Source: Lytechinus pictus (taxonomy: Eukaryota). From it: a stretch of DNA of 64,000 nucleotides. Made by a program: the position numbers and the translations under genes. Of the stretch, positions 1-13,100 are shown piece after piece. Below the pieces are notes generated by a model that made no database searches, was not told the DNA's origin, and worked only from the letters and a program-made list of their open reading frames with translations. The number at the start of each line of letters is the position of its first letter. Within the stretch, counting starts at the first letter, position 1. The stretch covers positions 16,618,001 through 16,682,000 of the forward strand of contig NC_087251.1 of NCBI RefSeq assembly GCF_037042905.1, read 5' to 3'.

Positions 1-192
1 CCACCCTAATTTTCATACCCTTTGTTTCAGCGGGCAGTGCTCGCTCAAGCATGAACAGTTTTCCAACTTTTTGAAGTCACTTAAAAGTTGACTTTATTGG
101 TTTTCCATATCTATAAGTTATTTCCCCCAAAATGCTATATTTTTTATTTGGCAGCCATTTCAAAAGTGTATAATTTTTTGGGGGACGCACTG
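1..192. mobile_element. Right end of a Tc1/mariner-like non-autonomous element (truncated by window start)
   Basis: Ends ...GGACGCACTG followed by TA (193-194), i.e. a TA|CAGTG terminus on the minus strand; the other end is not visible. Confidence 0.45.
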
Positions 193-1009
193 TAGATCGA
201 TTTGTAGCCAAAACAAACACACAGCAGGGAGTAAATTTACTTCTCAAATTTGATTAGCATATCTGGCTGTTAGAGGAAAGCTTTCAGCTACACGTATGTT
301 CTGTACAGTCCTATATTGAAAATTACTACACAAGGGAAATTTTGTGTAGCAGTCATAAAATAATGTAGAGCAAATTGTGGCTCTGCTATACCAGGAAAAT
401 AATTTCCCGCACAGGCATAAATTCATTAAAAGATATCATCTTGTTATTTCTTTTCATGAATGAATACATTTACAATGAATTATCAGTGATACTGTATTTC
501 ATATCATGCAGGTAATGACTTTATGAAATAGTGGAGCTCATTTATCATTGTAAAACCTTTAAAACATTAGCCAATAATGATGGTAGGTTTAGGAATGGTC
601 AGTAATTCGATAAAATAAGAATTGGTGATGTTTGTGATAGGATTAGTGATGATAATAGATATGAAAATATTCTCATATTTTCAGTGCATTTAGACCCTTT
701 GGTAATATTTATGCACTTTATTAGAATTGTATAATATGGTGAGTATTGTTATCATCATCTTTATTGTTAATCGCACTAATTTGAATTATGAATCTATAAA
801 TATTACAATTTATATAGTGTTAGTTTTTCCAGTAAAAGGCTTTCTTCAACTCTCTTATTTGCAGTACTACTAGACTTTTATTTGTGCAGATAGTTACAAG
901 TTGTTTGTACAGTTATAGATGATAGGCAAATTAAAAGAAAATTATAGAATTTGTAATGGCAGCAGCATTTCATATTCATATATTGATAACTTATTTCTTT
1001 ATTTTTTAG

Positions 1010-1147
1010 GTAAATCGTGATGTTGTTTTGAGCCGTTCCAAGGAGTATAGTCAGAGCAGACAGCACACATTCTTCAATGCTACAGCTGTGTATGATCTAC
1101 TTACCATTGCACTAACGAGGAGGGCGCAGTATCAAATGCTGTCAGAG
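1010..1147 (+). CDS. TTC7B: TTC7 exon ([10 protein letters not shown]...QYQMLSE)
   Basis: tttag acceptor, GT donor, 138 nt, phase 0/0. Confidence 0.92.
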
Positions 1148-4100
1148 GTGATCAGAGTTTTCTTGCTTTCATGCTTTCATGATAAGTGGATTCTTTACAC
1201 AAAACTAAAATATTATGGTTGTTTTGTCATTTTTGTTAATTTCCATTTCAACTTTGATTGTGTTTGACTAGTAAACAGTGTAAACGTGGCTTTTACAATT
1301 GATGACAGAGTTCCCATTGATTATGAGATTTGTGCAATGCGACCTGGGAGTATGATGTCTGTTGCTGTGTGGTACAAAGTTTATTTGATATTAGTGTTTG
1401 ATACTGTATTTATTTATTTGATATTGTATTTGAAAGTCTTTCATCATAGATCAGTGTCGTTTCATATATCTGAGACTGGAACTTGACAAAGACTTGTGAC
1501 CAAGACAGTCGTATCAATGCTCCAGATACAAATAAAATGAATGACTTAAATTTGAATTTGAAGTTAATTACAGTGAGAAAGTGATAAATAAACTATAACT
1601 TCTATGGATTACATCATTCTGGAGTAGTCTAGCAGTCAATTGCAAATTTGTAATTGATTACAAGATTTATGATTTATTATGGGATGTGAAATATAAAATT
1701 GCGTTTGATTGAAAGTTTCTTGTAATTACCCCTGAGAATAACCTGATTATTATTTGTTGTGATTTAACAGACCCTTGACAGGACTATGAGGTTTTCATTT
1801 GAAGAGTTCCACCTGTGGATGCAGTTTGCTTTATCTCTAATCAGTAGTCAAAAGGTTAGTCCATTTTTTGTTTCAAGGATACATACTAGACAAGCCTGAT
1901 GTTACCTTTTTTCCCATGAGTTTCTGCAATATTTATCACAATAATAGAGAATTATTTTGATTAACCTTGTCTTGTTAAAATCTAACATTGACACACATTT
2001 TTAGTGTAATCATTCCCTCTGCAGTGGAAATATACAGATTTCTTTATAATTTTTTTTCACATGCTTACTATGCTACAGTTCAAATATGAATACAATGATA
2101 ATTTTGATTTTGCAAAAACAGTTTTCTTGTGATATTTTGATCATTTTCTTTGTTTAGTGAGCTTATGCAATTTGATAGGATTAATATATGTAAGATAACA
2201 ATTTTTGCTGGAGATAATCTCAACCCTCTCCCTTGTTGATCGTGGTTATGCAGTTTGATATTATTAGTTACAATGATAATTTCCACTGTTGTATAATTTT
2301 TTTTTTGTGGATCTAGTTTGACAGGGCCCTACAGGTTTTGCGAGGTTGCAGCAACATGCAGCCAGACAATGTAACTGTGTTGCTGCTTGCTGCTAAAGTG
2401 TGTCTACAACATCTCCAACAGGTTATTATATCAATATTGTAAATGGTCTTCTCATCTAAGTTCTTTCTGAATTTATAGCCACAAATAGAAAAGTATGGTT
2501 ATTCAATTTTTTTTTGTGATTTCAAAGTATAGAAAGTGGAATAATGATATAAAAACCTATCACATTGAATACCTTTACATTAAGAAGTTTATTCAAGCAA
2601 AAGTGTGACATTAATTTATGATTGAATACAAAAATAAATAATAATCAGACATAGCTCTCAATATTGTATATTGTGAATTCATTGTAAAATACACTCCTGA
2701 TTATAGATATCACTGATCATTTATAAGATACATGAGGTATAATGGAGACACAAGGATGCTTTCTAATTGGTTATTCCATGAGATACCAAATCTCTCTCTT
2801 TCTCTGTCTATCTATGATCTCTCTCTTAAATTGCCATATTGACTGAATTTAGCAGTTGTGTTGTATTGAATAGTGTAAATCTGTTTGACTTTTCTGATTT
2901 TAGTTGGAAGAAGGATTGGAGTTTGCTAGCAAGGCAGTTGAAGTAGGCAATCAGCCACTATCCCCAAGGTGTTACATGATGAAAGGACTGGCTTATGGCA
3001 TGATGGCACTAGAAGGTACAAATTGGTTTTGAGATTGTTCAACCATTTCCTGTTTAAATAATAATAATACATTGTCTTTCTTGAGCGCTTAATACAAAAT
3101 GTTTCAAAGTGCATTATAAAATATAGAACAAACTGATCGGTGATTTCACAAAAAGATATATGTACAATTTAAAGCATCATCATATGGACAAATATACAAT
3201 AGACATACTACATCAAACTACATGAGTTTTCAATACAAAATAGTACAAATATGTAATTATGTGTATTTCATTCAATTATATTGTTTGGCTCTTCCATTAA
3301 GTATGAAGTCCAACCTCCTATATTAAAGACGCTGCTAAGATTATTTGTCTTGTTTTTCTAGTTTATATAAAAGATTGAAATGTTCTCAATTTATCATGGC
3401 TCCAGCAATTCATGAACTGAAGTAAGAATGGGGGAAAACGCAGTTTTGACTTCGAAAAGGGTTGATTGTATTATGGAATTTTGAAGATGTATCATCATCC
3501 CTGTAATCAGGTTCTGGCTTCCAAGCACACAACCCCCAGCATCCCATTTCTATTCATTCAACATTCGTCTTTTCCCCCTGTAATTTACAGCTACCATACA
3601 AGACAAAAGATGTGAGCTACAGCGTAAATCATTGAGTTGTTTCAAACAAGCCACCTCATTGGATCCCGATGATCACATGGCACAGTTTCAGATGGCTATG
3701 CAGTTAGCTTTATCAAGACAGGTATTATTTATGGTGTTTTAGTTTGAATTTTGTTTACTTATCACCCAAATTGTTCTCAAAGTGTCGAGTTCTGAAGTAT
3801 AAAATGATATTAAGCAAAAATGCACTGTTGTTTAAAGGTGATGAGAAAATTATTCTTACTAAGGCAAGCTAGATGTAGCAATCTTTCAGAAGAAAAGCTG
3901 CAAGTTGACTCGCAAAAATATACTGCTGCAAAATTTGAATTTTTACTCAAGACTGAATGAATGTATTTTTGCAGTCATTAGTATTTCATTTTTCTAGAAG
4001 ACTTCCAGCTTATATACTTATGTATATATTGCACATGTCTTGATGAAATCTTTACTTTGGTTTAGTTTTGCAAATTTCAAATGTTAAACACCTGATTCAA

Positions 4101-7100
4101 TGACAACACAAATTTTATGACTATGCTGAATGAGGCAAAATTTGTGAAAATATGTATATGTCAAATATTACCTTAAGCAATATTATTTCCTCATTTTCTC
4201 ATTTTGATCTCATTCTGATTATTAAACCCAGGTTAAGCTCTTTAGAACTATACAAGAATTTTACACCACACTTCTATAAAATGCCAGTGTAAATCTTACT
4301 TCTTCAGTATCCATCACCGCATACAATGTAACATTTAATTGATTGAAATTTGTTGTATTATTATTACCCCTTTTTCCTAGTTCATAACAAAAATTGTTTG
4401 GGACAACTTTTTTATTACAGAATTAAATTGATTCATACTACTAACTAGGTGAACGAGATGGAAACTAGCACTTCATAAAATTGAGTTATTAAACTTGGGT
4501 AAACCATTGCTTTATGAACATCTTGTCTTTGATTTTAGATCCCGGAAGCATTGCAGAGAGTTCGCCTAGCTCTCCAGTTATGTGCTGATGATCTCCAGTC
4601 TCTTCATCTCCTAGCTCTTCTCCTGTCTTCTCAGAAACAATACACAGAGGCTCTCTCAGTTCTTGAGGCAGCAGTGCATCAGTACCCCGATGATTTCAAG
4701 TAAGAAACTACTTTAGAGTTGTTTTTATGTTTAAGATATTTCCCTTCATTTGTCACTCGTCCTAGGGGCCGTTTCAGAAAGCTGGAATACAGAAAGCCTG
4801 GGCCCAGCCTCACAATGAGTCGTGATTGATTCCAACTCAAATTGAGATCAATCTCAGTTTGAGTCTGACTTTGATTTATCACAAGTCTTTGTAAGATAGG
4901 GCCCTAGATGTGTGCCTCAGTTGCATTAGCTGAAGTTGCGATATGCAGATCTTGATTTGAATGTTATATAGATAAAATAGATTTTCAGGACAAACTTTAT
5001 GTTTTTCTTGAATATCAGTGAAATAATTTGAAATACATTTGATATTTTATTAATATCTCAGGAAAATTAATAGCTCACATTGAGGCAATTAATATTCTAG
5101 TTCATGAAATCATGCACAACTTTATGATTATGAGCAACTTTGTGAAAACAGACCTTTCAGGTTTTTCTTGAATATATTGTTCTCCAGAAATGACCACCAG
5201 ATCTAAAACTGAGATGATTACATCCGTACTTTACAACTTGCTAGTGTGTTGAGAGGCATGCTATGTGCACAATACAAGAGAGGTTTCTCATCATTATTAT
5301 GAGCCACCGGCTCTCCACATTTCATCGTAACTTTCCTATATTTCAATCTTGATATACAGTCCACTGTCCAATGCGATCAAAATGTGATAATTAATACAGA
5401 AGTGAATAATTATCTGAATGGTCATTTTGATGTTGGTCTTTTTCCAGTGTCTTTCTAAATATGCCTAATGTCTTTCTAAACATTCATTTGTATATAGAGT
5501 AAAGGTGAGTGGGGAAAATAACTAATTATAATATTATTTTGTTTTGACAGTCTTCAGTTCACCAAAGCCAAGTTGGAGGAGATACATCTGGGACCGGAGG
5601 AAGCATTGGTTACATGTAAACAGATGTTAGAACATTGGAAGGTTGGCTATGAAGCAGTTCAACACAGGTAAGCCCCCCTTAATACCCCCATGGATCCTCA
5701 AGAGTTCAAAAGAAGAATATGTTATGCTCTTGCTATCTGTTTATTACTTCCATCTAGCTCACTTTTCCCTTTGTCGATCCCTTCCATTTCTTCTTTCATC
5801 GCTATCCAAGCTCTTCCTTCCTGTCTTATTTTGTATTTGTATTGTATTTGTTTTACAGGTGTATCCCCTCACAAGCTTTTGCTTTTAGGGATCACCTCCT
5901 TCTGTTCTCCAAATTTATATATTTATACTCTTGTGTGACAAATGATTTTGAATATCATATATGGAAAAAAAATACATTTTGGTAAAATGTAAGAAAATAA
6001 TTATTTATTTGATTGAATGAAAATTATTAAGGTATGAAGGGCATTGAGAATTGAATCAATTTGAAAATTTAGTTTCAGTCTTCACATAAATTAATGTTAT
6101 TAAAATTTAAATGTCAATTAAGAAAATCTAATATAAGAGACAATGAAAGAAAGGAAAAGAAGGCTTTATCAGTGTTGAAATACAATGGAATGAGGGATAT
6201 TATTTGAAAGGGGTTGAAAAAAAGTGATGTACATGTATGAACAAAAAAAAGAATTATTTGCAGCAAGAAAGTTATTGATTGCTTGCTCATCACATCACTT
6301 TCAAGAATGAGTGAGCTGCTGCTTTTAAAGGATACTTCCTATTACCATCTTAAAATACTGTCTCTTCTTTGTGTGAGTATAGTAGTTCAAGCCGAGGGAC
6401 GGGCCTCATTGAACGAGTCACATCGGACAGAAGGAGCCTGGTTCAGATGCATCTAGCAGAATACAGTGATAGAGACTCAGGTAAGACAGCTTTCAACTGC
6501 TCTGGGTATCGCATTAATAGTGTAGTTGTTCCAGGATGTGTCATATGTATGGCAAAGGTTATAGGGAGCTCATGTGGGACAGGTGTAGAGTCGTCACAAG
6601 TTTTCAAGTTCTTTCATATCATAGAGGATGAATATTTAAGTGACAAGGTTTACCTCAATGGATTGATCTATGATGCGCAAACATTCAAAAGATAATTGAA
6701 GTAAGAAATGCAGAAGGTGAAAATTTTGGGGCCAAACAGTTGATGTTGTCCCATACACATATTTTTGTGTGCAGTGCATGTAACTCGCAGCAAAAGAGAG
6801 ATGATTTTTTTTAATCGTTTTGGCGATTCCAAAATCGTACACTAATTCTTACATGCATTGTAATCATTTCATTAGTGAATTACCATAGCACTCAGAAATT
6901 TGCATTGGCTTGCACAGTAAACTGCAGGCCAACTGATTTTTCACGAGAATTTTTAAGATTATTGCACTATAAATATCTATGATACAATACTGATTCACTT
7001 CTTCCATTTCCATATTGTGGTAACCTAAGTTCGACAAAAATACTGTTATCATAGATACCCCAAACATTCAATTGTGTCAATTAAATCATAAATGTTACAC

Positions 7101-10100
7101 TCGTACTACATCACAATTTAGTATATTTACTCATTACGAACCTTTCTTTATTTCATATCCTTTGAAAAATAAAGCTGAAATATTTCATGCATCTATCTTT
7201 TGCATTGTATGTAAAATAGGTTTCTTTGTGATCTTCTATTTTCCGTCATTTGGAGTATGGATTTCATTATTAATTTTTCCTAATTTTACCAATTGCTTTA
7301 ATTTTGTAAAAAAAGTGACGCTTCTGCTATGCTGAGATAGCATGAAGTGTCTCTCTTGCTTGCTCTTAATTTTTCAAAAATCATTTTACTGCAGGATTTA
7401 AAAAAAAATGATAAATACAAAATGACAATGATGGTTGTTTGTATGTAATATGTTCAAGATGTTTTATTTTTAACCTACTTTTTGAGGTACTTTTATATGA
7501 CTTGAAAAATTGAGTCATTGAAATAGGTTAAAGTTACACCACAGTTCCTATGATTCCTGTCTTATTATTGTTTTTTTCAAATTGATCTCAGAAATGGAAA
7601 GCCAGCAATGACAAAATTTCTTGTAAGCCAAGCCATTTTTATAAGTAACATTTTAGAGTGAAATGTATTATACAAAAAGTACAACGGCATGATTTAAAAA
7701 AAGGAAAATAAAAACCTCTCCTAAGCATAAAAGCAATGTTTGTTTATTTATAAATTTTTATTTTAAAGCATTTAGTAGAACAAGATGGAGACTTCAAAAC
7801 CAGTTTGGCTGATAAGTTTCCTCAAGTAGCCTATCCAAAAGAAATATTTAAAGAAAGATTTCAAAGTAGTCTCATCTTAGTATCTTTGACACTCAAGAAA
7901 TGCACAGTATTTCAAATGGTGTGTAGCAGCCCAAATTAAATACACTATTCATGCAATTCAATTAGTGGAATTAATGTATCCATACTTCTATGCTGATTGT
8001 TTGATGGTATTTACTATAGAAGAAAAATGATGATTTGAAGCATCAGCATCCATTCTATCATAAATCTATCTGTCGTCTTTATATTGTTGACGTTTTCACC
8101 ATCTTGTTTCCGTTCACTTTGTTATTTCTGTTAAACAAATACTTTCATTATCTTATATCAGATTGTCTATATGTGAGGTCAGTCATTAATATGTGATTGC
8201 TATTTTTGATGAATCATGAAAGAGTAACCACAGCTTCATTGGTTAGTGATAGCTTTAAATATATACAAAATATAGGGTTTTACGTACATGAAAATCTCAG
8301 AAAGTTCATTCTCTTTCTATTTGGGGGGGGGGGGGGTTATAACATTTTCATAATTTTTATTGCACATTGTTCATTGAAAAATATTTCATTTGCTAATTAT
8401 CAAAATACAAAGTCTCATTCTGTAGTAGGATGAAACCATATTCAGTGATGTTTCAGAAATGGATTTTCAATTCAAGAACAATGTGTATAACTTCAATGGG
8501 GGCCCAAATAGACTGCTTGGAAATGGGCTCCTAAAAATCATAAATCAATATTTAAAAAAATCATATAATTATAGCATATTCTTTTAATTATTCGATAAAA
8601 TGTTGAAAACATTTACCCTCCAAGTCACCTATCATAATTCAGCCCCTTGAAATTAAGATTGAAATCACAATTGCCTTTCATACAGATAATTTAAGTCATA
8701 AAATGATTTGGAAGTAAATTATATATATTAAAGTCTGACCCATGTGTAAACAAGTTTTTTTTTTTTTAATATGGAAGACATCCTCAAACTTTCATACTTT
8801 TCATATGTGTGTCTCTTCATCTTCTTTCTATCTTTCTCTGTTCATACTCTTTATCATAAAATAACAATATTAAGATGCTAGAAGTGAAAGAGGCAAAAGT
8901 AAGTATGATTTTCCATTATGTGGCATGCTGATGGATCCCTCAGATATGATACAGTATATCACCAAATCAACAACAAAATTCCCCCTTTTTATTTTTTGAT
9001 GAATCATTAATGAATGATAACCAAAACATTGTTTTCTGCACATATTCACTTTATCCAGTGTTTATGTAAAGTTCTCTTTAAAGTTTATGATATCGTAGAA
9101 GTGTATTGGTCACGGAAATACATGACTATCACTTCGCTGCGGATTACTTGATCCCAATTTGACTCATACAATTGCTGTAAAGCCTTTTGGCATGAAATAG
9201 ATATTTTTAAATTCTCCACCGAGGGATGGGGTAGGAATTGTATTCCTCGGATGCAAGTTCAAGAATCATGTTTGGCCTGTGAGCAATATCTAAATACACT
9301 ATAATTTTAAGCTTTTTGGATATGTGCACAATATATAATCAACTATTAATTTGTGATTGCAATTAAAATTAACATGTAATACCGATAAAATCCAAGGGAT
9401 TTACATGTGTCATATCTGAATCGGTTCTGAGTTTGTATACAATACACTCATGGTCAGGCATTCAATTTCATTTGACATTATTTACCATCTTAGAATATTT
9501 TTTTCTTTTCATTTTATATCCATTGTTTCTTTTTTTTTATTACTGAATTGTTTTGTAGCAGTCATCCTTTTTTCTCATGCTTCATTTTGATTTTGTTTCC
9601 ATATATATGATATGAATTTGATATTGTGCAGTAGCATTAGGACTTTTAGAATGTGTGTGTAGTGGGTGAACATTACGTTTGATTTCATGAAATTTGTATA
9701 TTCAAGACTGTTGCCTTATTGATGATTTGTACACCTATCAGGCAATAGATATTGATTGATAAACCATGTCTAAGGGGGCATCACAAAACACTTGCAATCA
9801 ATTAAAAGTCAATTTTAGGGATGTCAATTACCCATAAGTCTTGCAATTAATTACAAATAACTGGTCTGGTTCTCAATGGAATGTATGAACTGGGGGTGTA
9901 ACATAAAGAGATGTTTAATATTAACAATTATTTGTATCTTTTTGTACATAGTTTGCCATGTGCTTAGAGTTCCACTCGATTATAAAATTGATTGCATCCT
10001 TTTATGTTACAGCACCCTGATGTAATATTGTTGAAATCGGTCTATCAATCATAATTTGTCATTGTTATTTGCAAGCGATTGCAAATATTCTTTCAACCAC

Positions 10101-13100
10101 CCCCTATCCTGAAAGTAATAATTCACAGTTGATCTGCACATCCATGACACAGCTGAAAGTCAGTATTTAAATGAAATGCTCATTGATCCTAATTTTGATG
10201 TGCACCTGTCAGTCTGTCACAACACTGTTTGACAGTGCTTATTTGCATAGATGGAAATATTCAAAGGCAGTGTCATCCCTCTTGATTGAGTGTAATTCTT
10301 AACATTTTATCTAAGATTATTTTTACCCCTTTCAGTGTTGTCATCATACTTCCCATCACTTTTAAATCCATAAATTTATTTTTAAGAAGCTTTTGCAGTA
10401 GTAGTATATACTGCAGCAGTGGTAGCCACAAATTATTGGATATAAACATAACCTGCCTTGTGAGCACAATTCGCTTAAAGTACACTCACAAATAAATAAA
10501 TTGAATTAAATTTATTCAATTGTATATTCAGCTATTTGCTTGTACAAGTAATACAAAGTAAATAGAACATAGTCATTACAGCATCAGGCATTTGAAGTGT
10601 ATATTTAATCACTTGTTCATCTGCTTTATCTTATCTTATATTATATTTCAAGTATTTACACATATAGCACAAGTTTATTTGCATTGGCCTATGGGTGTAA
10701 GGGGCTGTGGATTTTGGTTGCTGATTTTTATTTTGTTTCATTTTATTCTTAGTTTTATTTTTCGTTTTTGGCATATGAATATAGGCCTGCTATATTGAGC
10801 AAAATGCATTCAATCATAAACATGACACATATAATGGTTAATTTGTAGATTCCTATATGGTTAGATATGTTAAACATTTATTTTACTATTTTACATCCTA
10901 GCAATTCTTCGTCTGCTTGATCATGTTAGATTTGCAAATGACTTTGGATTATGATAAGCCAATTATTGAGAACATATTCTGTAAATATAACAAATGAACA
11001 AAATATAGTATGCAAAACATGGCTATTGTATTCTAGTATTTATTCTGTATACAAATTTTTTCCTGATCAAATTAATCTTGTTTTAAATACATATTTGGAA
11101 TAATTACACTTAATGTCTTACATTCAATAGGCAATGATCATAATTATACAGGATTCTATAAAGTCAGCTTATATGAGGTTTATTATCAACATTCACAGTT
11201 CACTTTCAGTTATGCAATGTGCATTAGTAAGAATTTCAATATATATATATTAAAAAATACATAGCTATAAATATATTCATAGTTTGATGTAGATTTAGAA
11301 CCACAATGATAGGGGATTATAATAATAGTTTGGCTTCAATACTTTGCAGTGAAGCATGCCCATGTATGATGATTTTTGTTTTGTGTATACCCAGTTACTT
11401 ATTATATGCAGTTAATTTATGTATTTGTATTTAGGGGAGTTAAGGACAATGATATAAATATCAATTAGATATTTTATGTCAGTATTTTGGTCATATTCCC
11501 AATGACTTACATGTAAGTTGTGTTACATGTATATTTCTTGATTTTGTAATAAACCAAGATATGTAGTAAGAGATACTCCTATGATAGCTCAGTAATGCCC
11601 TTTTCACAATTCGTGGTGCGACTGCTTACAACCGTTGCGATCGTGTGCAACATACATTTTGACCAAACGATCGCAAGAGCGATTGTGAAAACCCCTTTAT
11701 GTACAAGGTGTTAATCATACTTCCTTAAGATTAAGATTTAAGAATCAATTTGAAATAACTTGTCATTATTGCTGATTACCGATGAAAAAAGCATTTCATT
11801 TTACCATGTAGGTCATACTTCACTCTTCATTCAATTTGATTGCAATATAGAACTCAAAAGTCCCTGCTTTATGATAATGGGATATCTAAATTATTACATT
11901 ATAGTTCTTATGTGAATATTCATTTCATGAAAGCATTCAGTCAATTACAATTATATTGGAGATTAATATTCACTTTGTGTATTTGAAAGTTACTAGTATT
12001 CTCAAAATCTTTTGCATTTAGAATGTAAAAAGAAATTATCTTTACCTCTTCATTAATGGGTATCGTAAAATTTGCCGCAGAGAAATGTGAAACCTGACCC
12101 CAAACCCAACTAGTATCCTACATGTAAGTCTCATTCTTGCATTATTTTCTACCAAAACAAATTTCACAGCTCTATCCCTAATGTTACATCTTTGGATGAT
12201 AAAAGCAGTTTTCCAAGGGGTAAATGTTAGGTTACACATGTGATGGTGTGTAGAACAATAGGTGATATTAAGTTTGGTGTTTACATTTTGGTGTTGGTGT
12301 TGGGCTAATTTGTACATCTGCATGACACTAAACTTAAAATGTAGCTGATGCTGGGATGAATCTCACTAGGTAATGAGCTACCGAATTAGATTATTTTGGG
12401 GAAGTTTTTGAGCTATGGTGAGCAATCTGAATTGTGCTTCTGACACCTAAACAAGCACCGACACTGAACTTTAAAATCACCCTATCAGCCTTGTAATCAA
12501 TACACCGAGAACATATTGGCTGGTGGTGGCATTATTGGGAAACACTTTCACTTGAGCATGTAACTATAAGGATCCAACACCACCTACCTTACATGGACAT
12601 ACCAAAGCTGTCTGTACAATTTACCAAATCTGAAAACTACATAAAATTCCTGTAGTTACAACATAAGCATTCACTGACCCTGACATCCTCATTAATATCT
12701 CTTCCTAATGGGAATAACAGAATGGACCATTGTGATGATCTGAAAATTGCCATCTTTCTTTTGAACCCATAGGTTCCATTCACAACTCCCTTGCCGCTTC
12801 GAGAGTAGAGCATGCTCTGTCTGAGGTAGCTTCCTCTACTGGTAGTTTCATCCCCAAGACTGGGTCTCAACAACTCTGGATGATCCAGGCTCATATCTGG
12901 CTTGCCATTGGTAAGGACTGAATTGATTCTTGATATAAAGATTGTTCCTTTTGTAGCTCTAAATAAATAAACTAGAATTAGCCAGGTGTCTTATGTTAAA
13001 GATCTCCATTAACAATGAGTGCACAGTTGAAGTGAAATATATCTTAGAGATCCAGTAGGAGGCTGCAGTTTTCTTTGGGAATACAGCCTCTTTAAATGCT

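Noticed and set aside
6560..7070. Possible transposon fragment after the TTC7 exon ending 6480
   Set aside because: Looks repeat-like, but I could not find matching inverted ends or a TSD
9620..10960. Acceptor-like sites at about 9631, 10250 and 10901 in the long TTC7 intron followed by short phase-1 ORFs to a stop (possible alternative terminal exons)
   Set aside because: No homology or donor support. Such AG-plus-stop patterns are common in AT-rich introns.
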